Source: Candidatus Aerophobetes bacterium Ae_b3a (GTDB lineage: Bacteria; Aerophobota; Aerophobia; Aerophobales; AE-B3A). From it: a stretch of 64,000 bases of DNA. The translations under genes were made by a program, and so were the position numbers. The stretch is from NCBI GenBank assembly GCA_005223095.1, contig NJBQ01000001.1, forward strand, positions 8,408 through 72,407, in the 5' to 3' direction. The notes below the pieces were generated by a model. The model ran no database searches, had not been told where the DNA came from, and saw only the letters and a program-made list of their open reading frames with translations. Position 1 is the stretch's first letter. Each line of letters starts with the position of its first letter. Below, one piece after another: positions 9,845 through 18,947 of this stretch.

Positions 9845-12130
9845 TTAGAACGTTATGCTTTGTTGTTGAGCAATTTCGCGAACACGATGAAGTGCCATTA
9901 ACCAGGCAAGGGTAGATTCGGCGCCTTGGTTTTGATTGACTCCTGTAGATTGTAGACTATCCTTGCAGCCACCTGTCCTAAAATCACATACTACTTGATG
10001 AACATCATTGCTGCCAAGAAACCAGTTGAAACACCAGTCAATTCTTTCAATCCATTTCCCTTGCTCTGTTAATAAATATGCTTCATAGCAAGCATCAATG
10101 AAAGCAGGTACTTCAATAGGTTGCTGGTCAAATTGTGCTTTCTTTTCTTCACGCTTAAACCAACCATTATTACCAATCAATGAAAGATGTCCTTCTTCGG
10201 GGTTAGTTTGAATTTTCAGGAGCCATTCCAGAGAATTTAATCCCTGATTATATATATTTCTTTTCTTGAACATTCGTCCGGCAGCCAGGAATGCTTGAGC
10301 TAAGCGGGCATTATCGTAAGTAACAATATTTTCTCCCCACGGCCAATTAGCCGATGCATTATCTGCAAAAAGTTTTGAAAGGCGCCCGGTCAATAAGGTG
10401 CACAAACGTTGAACTTCAAGATCGCCACCAAAGCGCTGAAGATAAGAGAGACATCCGAGAATAGAATAGGCCCAAGCACGAGGTGAAGTAAAAGATTCTA
10501 AGACTGGTAATAATCTATGAAACAATCTGGTAGAAAGTCCCAGAATTGAATGTGTAGGGGAATGAAGGATTGCTATACCTAAACTCCAAAGTGTTCTGCC
10601 ATGGCTATCCTCAGAGCCTACTTGTTCAAGCCAACGTCTATCGTAAGACATAAAATTTCGAATGCAGCCACTATCCTTATCCACAGCATAGTTAAGAAAA
10701 GAAAGATAAACCTGCAACAAAGATAAGACATCTTCCTCTTTGAATAATTTGTAGTTCATAATAGTGACTATTAGAGCCCGAGCATTATCATCAGTGCAGT
10801 AGCCGTGCGAGCGGTCTGGAGTAGTAAATGCTGCATGCTGGAAAATGCCTGTGTCATCGGTTAAGAGTCGAAGGTAATTAAGCTTAATTTCGGATAGAGA
10901 AGGTGGTTCAGCAATCCACTCTCTGGCAGGTGGGTGAGGAGCTGGACGTCTGTATTCCTTGAGCCCGCGCTGAAACGTCTCGATATAGGTGCGAGCTACC
11001 TTTGACCATATCATTTGTCGTCCAAACTGGTAAGCCCGTTTTCGCAAGTAATTTCGCTGCCTTTCATCACTAAGAAGCTCAGCTAGTTGATTAGCCAAAG
11101 CATCTACATCTCCAAACGGCACCAATCTTCCTCTATTATCAGATAGTAATTCTTCAGCATACCAGAAGGGAGTAGAGACAATTGCCTTGCCACAAGCTAC
11201 GGCATAGGCTAATGTTCCCGAAACAATTTGTTCTTTTGATAAATAGGGCGCCAAATAGATATCGGTTGCATTCAGAAAGCCTATAAGCTGTTCCAGGTTA
11301 ACAAAGCGGTTATAAAAAACGACGTGTTTCGTTAATCCTTTCTGTCTAACCAATTTTTCTAAGGAAGCCCTGTATTCTTCTCCCAAGCACCGTTTAACCT
11401 CCGGATGCGTAGCACCAAGTATGATATAGAGCAAATCGGGGAATTCTTGAACTATCAGGGCTATAGCTTCAATGACTATCTCAATCCCCTTGTTGGGGCC
11501 AAGAAGACCAAAAGTTAGTATAACCTGCCGTCCCTTGGCTTGAAACCGGTCCTTGTAATCATTGGAATCGAGAAAAGGTACGTCTGGTGTACCGTGATGA
11601 ATCCTAACAATCTTTTCCCGGGGAACATCATAAACATTTACCAGCAGCTCAATAGCTTTTTGGGCTTGCACTACTACAAATGTAGAGTACGAGGAAACAG
11701 ACTTTAGTACTTCAAGTTGCCCTTTTGTGGGTTCTTTTAAGACAGTGTGAAGAGTACTGACTACCAGTTTCCTTGAATTAGCAAGTAAGTCAAGAATGTA
11801 AGCTCCATCCTTGCCACCAAATATGCCAAATTCGTGTTGCAGAGAAATAACATCTATACTAGAAAGGTTAAGAAAGCTGGCTGCCTCCTGATAATCTCTT
11901 CTATGCTCAGTACGAATTTCAAAGCGAATCTCCCTGGCGTAGTTATAGCCCTGAGAAATATTATTAATTAAGGCAACTACCTGAACCATTCCACTAATGT
12001 GAGACTCTTCTTTCTGAATGCGAGCAATATGGCTGGCTAAGTCCTGCGTAAATGTTCCAATTCCACACCGGCGTGGAGGATATGTGCTCACAAACGATAC
12101 GCTAATAGGCTTTGATAAAGCTTTTTGCAT
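9845..12130 (-). CDS. bifunctional-looking protein: N-terminal GT4 glycosyltransferase domain fused to a C-terminal (alpha/alpha)6-barrel glycoside-hydrolase-like domain
   Basis: N-terminus VSFVSTYPPRRCGIGTFTQDLA plus a later GT-B fold region (ILTFGLLGPNKGIE...GATHPE) typical of GT4. The C-terminal ~350 aa is rich in aromatic/acidic hairpin repeats (WSLGIAILHS...WPWGENIVTYDNARLAQAF) like six-hairpin hydrolases (GH63/GDE-like). Confidence 0.6.
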   Translation of the reverse strand: MQKALSKPISVSFVSTYPPRRCGIGTFTQDLASHIARIQKEESHISGMVQVVALINNISQGYNYAREIRFEIRTEHRRDYQEAASFLNLSSIDVISLQHEFGIFGGKDGAYILDLLANSRKLVVSTLHTVLKEPTKGQLEVLKSVSSYSTFVVVQAQKAIELLVNVYDVPREKIVRIHHGTPDVPFLDSNDYKDRFQAKGRQVILTFGLLGPNKGIEIVIEAIALIVQEFPDLLYIILGATHPEVKRCLGEEYRASLEKLVRQKGLTKHVVFYNRFVNLEQLIGFLNATDIYLAPYLSKEQIVSGTLAYAVACGKAIVSTPFWYAEELLSDNRGRLVPFGDVDALANQLAELLSDERQRNYLRKRAYQFGRQMIWSKVARTYIETFQRGLKEYRRPAPHPPAREWIAEPPSLSEIKLNYLRLLTDDTGIFQHAAFTTPDRSHGYCTDDNARALIVTIMNYKLFKEEDVLSLLQVYLSFLNYAVDKDSGCIRNFMSYDRRWLEQVGSEDSHGRTLWSLGIAILHSPTHSILGLSTRLFHRLLPVLESFTSPRAWAYSILGCLSYLQRFGGDLEVQRLCTLLTGRLSKLFADNASANWPWGENIVTYDNARLAQAFLAAGRMFKKRNIYNQGLNSLEWLLKIQTNPEEGHLSLIGNNGWFKREEKKAQFDQQPIEVPAFIDACYEAYLLTEQGKWIERIDWCFNWFLGSNDVHQVVCDFRTGGCKDSLQSTGVNQNQGAESTLAWLMALHRVREIAQQQSITF

Positions 12131-12509
12131 AATTGTCCTTTTTCAAGACATTTCAGTGGGAAAAATAGGGCTTCGCCGATTCCTTGGGAATTTCAGTCCT
12201 CAACAGCCCAATTGGCAAAGCCGACTCTCGCTCCGCTTGCGCTCGCAATAGCTGAATATTTATCTAATGGCATTTCCCTAGTCATAACTTAAGCCAAATT
12301 TCACCTCTTGTCAATCTGATTTGGAGGTGGACATTCCCCAGGATTTGAGAGGTGTTCTCCCGAGAGTCTGAATTGAAGGGGCATTCTAATCAAGAAATAT
12401 TCTGAGGTCTAAGGATTCTCTGAATATTTGCCGATAATAACAAATAAGAAAGAGTTTCCTTATTCTCGATTGTCCGCAGCATTTCTTCTTATTTTGCTTC
12501 GACAGAATC

Positions 12510-12884
12510 ATTAGTTGAGAGAGATTATTTAGCCTACACCAAACTTGACAAGCATACCTATTTGTCTTATACTACCAAATGATGAAGATAGACAAAGGTG
12601 AGCTTCTAGAGAAGCTAAGTCAGACAAATTTATGGCAAAACTTGTCTGCAGAAGAGGTTAGAGTATATCTGCTTCTCATAATCTGTGCTGATGAAATAAG
12701 TGGAAGGTTCTGATTTTAGTGAAGACTCAGGATATACCCTAATGAAATTTCTTCTGGGTAGAAGCAATCTTCCTACAGCAGGTGACAGTTTATAACTTGA
12801 GTTAAGAAGACGGATAATTTAGGGGTTAAGGAGCTAAAAATGAGGCCGGAGGGAGGTGAGAAGTAGGTAGACCATTAGCTGGGG
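12510..12884 (+). promoter_or_regulatory. conserved promoter-plus-leader element, copy A: TTGACA(12544-12549)-17-TATACT(12567-12572), then a ~300-nt conserved 5' leader for the downstream family-5 SBP operon
   Basis: Near-identical to the reverse complement of 47929-48312, which occupies the same position relative to the second SBP gene. Contains the dyad AGCTTCT-AG-AGAAGCT, the hairpin CAGACAA-N14-TTGTCTG and a purine-rich GGAGGGAGGTGAGAAG block. Confidence 0.6.
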
Positions 12885-12978
12885 CAAAGCTTTGTAAAAG
12901 GGAAGCGTTAAATAATTGAATTTCCTTTTTGTAAGCTTTCAGGGAAAAATGAACTAGGTCAAAAAGGAGGAATATCCA

Positions 12979-14886
12979 ATGAAGAAAAGTTGGCTACTGG
13001 TGAGTTTTATCGTAGGCCTTAGTGTGGTTCTTCTGTCAAGCGTGGCGGCGTTCTCACAGCTTCCGCCGGGCATACCGCGACATGAAACGGTGATGATAGA
13101 TCAAATTTTTAGATACAGCGTTACTAATAACTTCAACCTCTGGACGCCAGGAGCAGGATCTACACCCACCAGACAGGGACTTGTATGCGATACCCTGTGG
13201 TATATAGACCAACAGACGGGTGAGTGGATCAACGCTTTAGCCAAAGAGCCACCCATTTACAGTGAGGATTTTACCAAAATGAGTGTGAAACTGAGGAAAG
13301 GAATCTACTGGAGCGACGGAGTCGAGTTCACGGCCGACGATGTTGTATTTACGGTTAAGAATCTAACCAGTCATCCTGCGATGATGTGGGGCACCGAACT
13401 CGAGCTCTATGTTGAGGATGTTCATAAGGTCGACGATTATACAGTTGTTTTTGAATTGACGAAGCCTTACTCGAGGTTTCACAATGTTTTCACTGCCCGG
13501 TATTACGCCGTCTACATCATGCCAAAACATATCTGGGAGAAAGTAGAAAAGCCTATGGAATTTACCTTTTATCCTCCTGTCTCTTTAGGCCCCTATATTC
13601 TGAAGGATGCAGATTCAGCAGGATACTGGGAACTTTTTGAAAGGAGAGAGGACTGGGAGAGAACAAGCGTTGGAAAAGTTACTGGCATGCCACCAGCACC
13701 AAAATATTTCCTGACTATTTTCTACGGTCCCAGTGAGAAGAAGGTTATGGCTATGTCAAAGCACGAGCTGGACTTGTTTATGAATGTCGATTATGAAGCT
13801 TTCAAGAGTCTCCTGGAAAAAGACTCCTATGCTCGTTCCTGGTACAAGGATTACCCGTGGGCATGGCCTGATGAACTTGATGGCAGACGGTTCGGCTTTA
13901 ACCTTGAGAAATTCCCCTACCATATAAAGGATGTTAGGTGGGCTTTGGCACTGGCCCTGGATATAGTAGATCTACAAACAGAATACCTCGGTGGAGTAAC
14001 TAGAGTTACTCCGATTCCCCAACCTGCAACTCCGTTCCACATGAAAAACTACCACAAGCCTCTGGAACCGTGGCTCAGGGAGTTCAAGATTGAGGCTGAG
14101 GAAGGCGTCTATTTCAAGCCCTACGATGAGACTGTGCCATATCAGATTGCCGAGTGGGCTAAAAAACAAGGATACTCAGTACCCAGCGAACCAGAAGATA
14201 TGAAAGATATGTTTGGTGTTGGATGGTGGAAGCACGCTCCCGACGTATCGGAGAAGCTACTCAAGAAGCATGGCTTCAAGAGGAATGCGCAAGGCAAATG
14301 GTTGCTTCCAGATGGTACTCTCTGGAAATTCAAAATTATAGCTGCACCCGATGAGGTAGATGTCTTTCGACTCGCACTTGGCGCTGTTGACCAGTGGAGA
14401 GAGTTCGGGATAGAGGTAGAGGTTTCGACACTGGAAAGGGATCCTTATTATACCTCTAACTCTCTGGGAGACTTCACTTGTACCTCTGCTTGGGGTGGTG
14501 CTTATACCGCTACGGCCGTACTGGATAAATGGCCGTTCATATACAGCTTCCATTCCAAGTTTTATAGACCAACTGGAGAGAGGTCGGTTTCGACTTTTAC
14601 CAATAGCGAGAGAATAAAATCTGAAGAACTTGACCGACTCATAGATGAGATGGAAAAGTTTCCTCCTAACGATCCGAAAACTCCGGAGCTGGTGAAGGAG
14701 TTTATGAAATTGTGGGTCGAGAATATGTGGTCGATCTGTACCGTTAGCTTCAAGAAATTCGTCACCCAAGATGAGTACTACTGGACTCACTTTCCCACCG
14801 CTGATGATCCATACGGGCAACCCTGCTACTGGTTCATGGGAGGTAGGTTCATACTCCCGCATCTTAAGGCTACGGGAAGAAAGTAG
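12979..14886 (+). CDS. ABC transporter substrate-binding protein, family 5 (DppA/OppA-type), secreted
   Basis: Signal peptide MKKSWLLVSFIVGLSVVLLSSVAAFSQ. 635 aa with family-5 SBP architecture. AGGAGG RBS. Confidence 0.85.
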   Translation: MKKSWLLVSFIVGLSVVLLSSVAAFSQLPPGIPRHETVMIDQIFRYSVTNNFNLWTPGAGSTPTRQGLVCDTLWYIDQQTGEWINALAKEPPIYSEDFTKMSVKLRKGIYWSDGVEFTADDVVFTVKNLTSHPAMMWGTELELYVEDVHKVDDYTVVFELTKPYSRFHNVFTARYYAVYIMPKHIWEKVEKPMEFTFYPPVSLGPYILKDADSAGYWELFERREDWERTSVGKVTGMPPAPKYFLTIFYGPSEKKVMAMSKHELDLFMNVDYEAFKSLLEKDSYARSWYKDYPWAWPDELDGRRFGFNLEKFPYHIKDVRWALALALDIVDLQTEYLGGVTRVTPIPQPATPFHMKNYHKPLEPWLREFKIEAEEGVYFKPYDETVPYQIAEWAKKQGYSVPSEPEDMKDMFGVGWWKHAPDVSEKLLKKHGFKRNAQGKWLLPDGTLWKFKIIAAPDEVDVFRLALGAVDQWREFGIEVEVSTLERDPYYTSNSLGDFTCTSAWGGAYTATAVLDKWPFIYSFHSKFYRPTGERSVSTFTNSERIKSEELDRLIDEMEKFPPNDPKTPELVKEFMKLWVENMWSICTVSFKKFVTQDEYYWTHFPTADDPYGQPCYWFMGGRFILPHLKATGRK

Positions 14887-14899
14887 CCTTAATAATTAT

Positions 14900-14930
14900 C
14901 CCCCCTCCCTCAGGGAGGGGGGATTTCTGT
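14900..14930 (+). terminator. GC-rich hairpin CCCCCCTCCC-tca-GGGAGGGGGG followed by ATTTCTGT (terminator-like; member of the GC-palindrome repeat family)
   Basis: Perfect 10-bp stem directly after the SBP stop codon, with a T-rich tail on the + strand. Confidence 0.45.
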
Positions 14931-14940
14931 AGGATAAAAA

Positions 14941-15945
14941 ATGAGCCTTTTAAGAAGATATATCGTGCCCAGGATAATTCAGTGGCTGATTGTTATTTTC
15001 GTGGGGGTAACTGTAGCCTTCCTAGTGCCGAGGTTTACCCCAACGGATCCTGTTCAGACGACGCTCATGAGGGTAACAGCTTATGGGGCCATAAACCCAG
15101 AAGCTGTAGCGAAGCTAGAAGAGATCTTAAAGGACCTTTATGGTTTAAGAGGAAGTCTTTTCCAACAATATGTTCGGTTCTGGAAGCATCTCCTTAGGGG
15201 CGACCTTGGACCATCCCTTACCATGTTTCCCACCCCGGTGATAGAGGTTATAAGAAACTCATTACCCTGGACTGCTGGATTGTTGATAATTTCTACTATT
15301 ATTGGGTGGACAATCGGTATCATTATCGGAACGTTTACAACCTATTTCTCTGGGAGAAAATGGACCCAGATCTTAGATACTATTCTCATGTGCATCTATC
15401 CCATTCCTTATTACATAATGGCTTTGGTTTTGGTGATTTTATTTGCTTATGTTTTGCCCGTCTTCCCTCTGGTGGGCGGAGTGGGTATAGGCCTGAAGCT
15501 GTCTTTCAGTTGGACATTCGTTGGTAGTGTTCTCAAACACGGCTTTCTTCCTGCGCTCTCTCTCATTATAATTGGCTTAGGATACCGAGTCTTGAGCCAA
15601 AAGGCACTCGTATCAACTGTTGTTGCGAGTGATTATGTCACCTATGCTGAGGCAGCAGCATTGCCCCGGCGCAAAATACTGTTTCAATACGTAATGAGAA
15701 ACACCCTACTTCCTCAGATTACCGACCTTGCCCTCAGCTTAGGCCTTGTTTTCAGCGGGGCCCTTATTACAGAGTATGTTTTCTCTTACCCCGGAATAGG
15801 TCAGGTGCTTTATACTGCTATACTTCAAGGAGACTTTAACCTCATGATGGGAATAACGCTGTTCTCTATTGTTGGAATTGCAACAGCTGCTTTGATAATC
15901 GACCTTCTCTATCCACTTTTTGATCCAAGAGTTAGATACAGGTAA
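14941..15945 (+). CDS. ABC transporter permease (DppB/OppB-type)
   Basis: 334 aa, multiple TM segments. N-terminal MSLLRRYIVPRIIQWLIVIF and the conserved EAA-like loop region are typical of DppB/OppB. Confidence 0.85.
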   Translation: MSLLRRYIVPRIIQWLIVIFVGVTVAFLVPRFTPTDPVQTTLMRVTAYGAINPEAVAKLEEILKDLYGLRGSLFQQYVRFWKHLLRGDLGPSLTMFPTPVIEVIRNSLPWTAGLLIISTIIGWTIGIIIGTFTTYFSGRKWTQILDTILMCIYPIPYYIMALVLVILFAYVLPVFPLVGGVGIGLKLSFSWTFVGSVLKHGFLPALSLIIIGLGYRVLSQKALVSTVVASDYVTYAEAAALPRRKILFQYVMRNTLLPQITDLALSLGLVFSGALITEYVFSYPGIGQVLYTAILQGDFNLMMGITLFSIVGIATAALIIDLLYPLFDPRVRYR

Positions 15946-15955
15946 TTGAGGGAGC

Positions 15956-16828
15956 ATGCTGGTAATACTAAAAATAGTAAAAGACCTTATCAAGCACGAC
16001 AAGAGGTTTTCCGTTGGATTGTTTGTCATCTTAATCGTGCTCTCGCTGGCAATTCTTTCTTTTTTTTCTCCCTATGGCCCAACCGTAAGACGCGTCGTCT
16101 CAAGAAATCTTCTACCTTCCTTTGAACATCCTTTGGGAACAAATTCGCTTGGGCAGGATATTTTTTGGAAATTGACATATGCTATACGGAACTCTCTCAT
16201 CCTTGGTATCCTTGTATCCCTCATCTCCCGAATCATAGCAACAGCTAATGGTTTGTTATCCGGTTATGTAGGGGGGACCACTGACAGAATCCTGTCCACT
16301 ATCACCGGTAGTTTCATTGTAATCCCTCGCCTTCCCATATTAATACTTCTCTCCTTTTCTTTAAGAGAAAGGATGAGTATTCTCACTCTGGTTATTATAC
16401 TGGCAGTCCTTGATTGGGCGTGGCCCTCAAAACGATACAGAGCTCAGGTTCTCAGCCTGAGAGAGAGAGAGTTTACTTACACAGCCGTTTTTTCAGGAAT
16501 GAATACCTTTAAGGTTGTCTTTAAGGAACACTTCCTCTTTCTCATACCATATATGATGGCTGATCTCATAAGTGGATTCTTATGGGCTATAGCCATGGAA
16601 ATTACCTTGTCCATCTTGGGGCTTTCTGCTCTTGCGACACCGACGATTGGGACAATGATCTATTGGGCCAATTACCATCAAGCTTTGCTTAGGGGGGTAT
16701 GGTGGTGGATTTCCCCACCCATAATTATAGCAGTCTTAACGGTCGTGGCATTATACATGCTATCTTCCAGCATCAGCGAGTATCTTGATCCACGAACCAG
16801 GCTTCAGAGAATTGGGGTGAAGGCATAA
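15956..16828 (+). CDS. ABC transporter permease (DppC/OppC-type)
   Basis: 290 aa polytopic membrane protein, second permease of the set. Confidence 0.85.
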   Translation: MLVILKIVKDLIKHDKRFSVGLFVILIVLSLAILSFFSPYGPTVRRVVSRNLLPSFEHPLGTNSLGQDIFWKLTYAIRNSLILGILVSLISRIIATANGLLSGYVGGTTDRILSTITGSFIVIPRLPILILLSFSLRERMSILTLVIILAVLDWAWPSKRYRAQVLSLREREFTYTAVFSGMNTFKVVFKEHFLFLIPYMMADLISGFLWAIAMEITLSILGLSALATPTIGTMIYWANYHQALLRGVWWWISPPIIIAVLTVVALYMLSSSISEYLDPRTRLQRIGVKA

Positions 16829-16832
16829 ACCT

Positions 16833-17822
16833 ATGGCCGTAGTTAAGGTAGAAAAGCTAAAGGCTTACTATGTTACAGGTATTTATGGAGTTAAACGGAC
16901 CATTAAAGCAATTGAAGATCTTTCCCTGGAAATTAACAAGAACGAGATTTTGGGAATTGCCGGAGAATCAGGTTGTGGCAAGACCACGCTCACAAAAGTG
17001 CTCTTTGGCATGATAAAGCCTCCCTTAACGGTTCTTGGCGGGAAGGTGGTCTATAACCTCGGGGATGGAAATGCAGATATTTTATCAATGCCAAGCGACC
17101 AGCTCACGAAGCTAAGGTGGAAGGAGGTCTCTTACATACCTCAGGGGTCCATGAGTGTCCTCAATCCAGTGAGGAGAATAAAGAAGACGTTCCAGGATTT
17201 TATAGGAACTCATCGGAGAATGGAGAAAAAAGAGGACTTTGAGATTCTTGTGAGAAATTATTTAAGAGATCTTGGTTTACCCTTGGGGGTTCTGGCTTCA
17301 TATCCTCACCAACTTTCTGGGGGAATGAGGCAAAGGGTGACAGTAGCCCTGGCCACGATTCTCAAACCCAGGATTATCTTTGCGGATGAACCTTCCACTG
17401 CTTTAGACGTTGTAGTACAAAGAGGTGTTATACAACTTCTTAAGAGAATTCAAAAAGAACAGAAAAGCACTCTTGTACTGGTTACCCATGATATGGCTGT
17501 TCATGCCAACATAGCTGATAGAATTGCTATAATGTACGCTGGTAAAATCATTGAGGAAGCAAAGACCAGTGTCATATTCAAAGGCTCTCTACATCCCTAT
17601 ACAAAATATCTTATAGACTCTCTTCCAAGGATTGGTGACAAAGGATATAGAGTAAGTGTTCCAGGAACTCCTCCTCAACTTAGCAGTCCACCAAAGGGGT
17701 GTAGATTCCACCCCCGATGTCCGAACACTCGGGAAATGTGCAAAGAGAAAGTTCCTCTTTTGGTGGACGTTGGAGATGGACATAAAGTAGCGTGTTCCTG
17801 TATATCAGACGAGAAAATATGA
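16833..17822 (+). CDS. ABC transporter ATP-binding protein (DppD/OppD-type)
   Basis: Walker [10 protein letters not shown], signature LSGGMRQR, Walker B IIFADEPSTALD. C-terminal oligopeptide-type extension with CxxC cysteines. Confidence 0.9.
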   Translation: MAVVKVEKLKAYYVTGIYGVKRTIKAIEDLSLEINKNEILGIAGESGCGKTTLTKVLFGMIKPPLTVLGGKVVYNLGDGNADILSMPSDQLTKLRWKEVSYIPQGSMSVLNPVRRIKKTFQDFIGTHRRMEKKEDFEILVRNYLRDLGLPLGVLASYPHQLSGGMRQRVTVALATILKPRIIFADEPSTALDVVVQRGVIQLLKRIQKEQKSTLVLVTHDMAVHANIADRIAIMYAGKIIEEAKTSVIFKGSLHPYTKYLIDSLPRIGDKGYRVSVPGTPPQLSSPPKGCRFHPRCPNTREMCKEKVPLLVDVGDGHKVACSCISDEKI

Positions 17823-18802
17823 GCAATAACAATAAATTGCTGGCTGTTGAGAATCTGACCAAGATTTTTGCCATAGGTGGTGGATTTTCCAGAGATAAGT
17901 TAGTCGCTGTTAACAGAGCCTGCTTTGAGATAGGATCTGCCAATTCAGAGATATTTACTTTAGCCGGTGAAAGTGGTAGCGGCAAAACAACCCTGGCTAG
18001 GACAATACTTGGCCTTATTGAACCAACTTATGGGAGCATAATTTATAAAGGTAAGGATGTAACAAAGATAAAAGATAAAAAAGAGCGGATGTGGTTTAGG
18101 AAAGAAGTTCAACCGGTCTTTCAGAACCCCTTTGAGACATTTAATCCCCTGAAAAAAGTTGATACATATCTTTATGAGACGATCCTTAATTACGACGTTG
18201 CTAACAAGGGAAGGGATACCGAGCAAGTTCTGAAAAATATTTTGAATTCGGTTGGACTTTCCTTGCAGGAAATTGAAGGGAGATATCCAAATGAACTCTC
18301 AGGTGGTCAACTCCAAAGGACATCCGTAGCAAGAGCACTTATTACTAACCCTTCTCTCCTCATTGCAGATGAACCTGTTTCCATGGTGGATGCTTCACTG
18401 AGAATGTCTATAGTTAATCTACTGAAAAAACTTAAAGAAGAGTACGATGTTAGTGTGATGTACATAACTCACGATCTTGATACCGCTTATTATATAAGTG
18501 ATCGAATAGCTATAATGCTTAGAGGGATCATCGTAGAAATGGGGCCTGTGGAAAAGGTCTTAGTTGATCCTCTGCATTTTTATACCAAGCTCCTTAAAGA
18601 ATCTGTTCCAGAGCCAGACCCGGATAGAAAGTGGAAGGAGGAGATAAAGCTCTCAACGTTCGAAGCCGAGGAATTTGCTAGAGTTGGGTGTAAATTTGCC
18701 GGAAGGTGTCCTTCCGTTATGGATGTCTGCGGAAAGCAGGACCCGGAAGACGTATTGGTGGATGGAAGAGTCATAAAATGCCATTTTTATAAGAAAAAAT
18801 GA
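17819..18802 (+). CDS. ABC transporter ATP-binding protein (DppF/OppF-type)
   Basis: Start at MSNNNK, whose ATG overlaps the upstream TGA as ATGA. Walker A GESGSGKTT, signature LSGGQLQR, Walker B LLIADEPVSMVD. Confidence 0.9.
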   Translation: MSNNNKLLAVENLTKIFAIGGGFSRDKLVAVNRACFEIGSANSEIFTLAGESGSGKTTLARTILGLIEPTYGSIIYKGKDVTKIKDKKERMWFRKEVQPVFQNPFETFNPLKKVDTYLYETILNYDVANKGRDTEQVLKNILNSVGLSLQEIEGRYPNELSGGQLQRTSVARALITNPSLLIADEPVSMVDASLRMSIVNLLKKLKEEYDVSVMYITHDLDTAYYISDRIAIMLRGIIVEMGPVEKVLVDPLHFYTKLLKESVPEPDPDRKWKEEIKLSTFEAEEFARVGCKFAGRCPSVMDVCGKQDPEDVLVDGRVIKCHFYKKK

Positions 18803-18947
18803 GTGCGACTTTGAATAGGCATTTCAAAGAAAATCTGTATTCTTATATTTCGGCTATCTACTTTACGTTTCTCGACGTCCACGCCCATACGAAAAATCAA
18901 AAGAAGAGGCTAGTTTACTAAATAAAAAGACAAAAGGGAGGAGTAAA

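Noticed and set aside
12826-12866. 8-codon uORF (MRPEGGEK) with its own AAGGAG RBS in leader copy A
   Set aside because: The ATG is ATA in copy B and absent in copy C, so the uORF is not conserved. The purine-rich block is more likely an RNA or DNA element.
14257-14862. 201-aa minus-strand ORF and similar antisense ORFs (2665-3072, 33084-33587, 40563-41009, 47301-47681 and others)
   Set aside because: Each is fully embedded antisense in a well-supported gene and lacks RBS or family signals. These are typical shadow ORFs.
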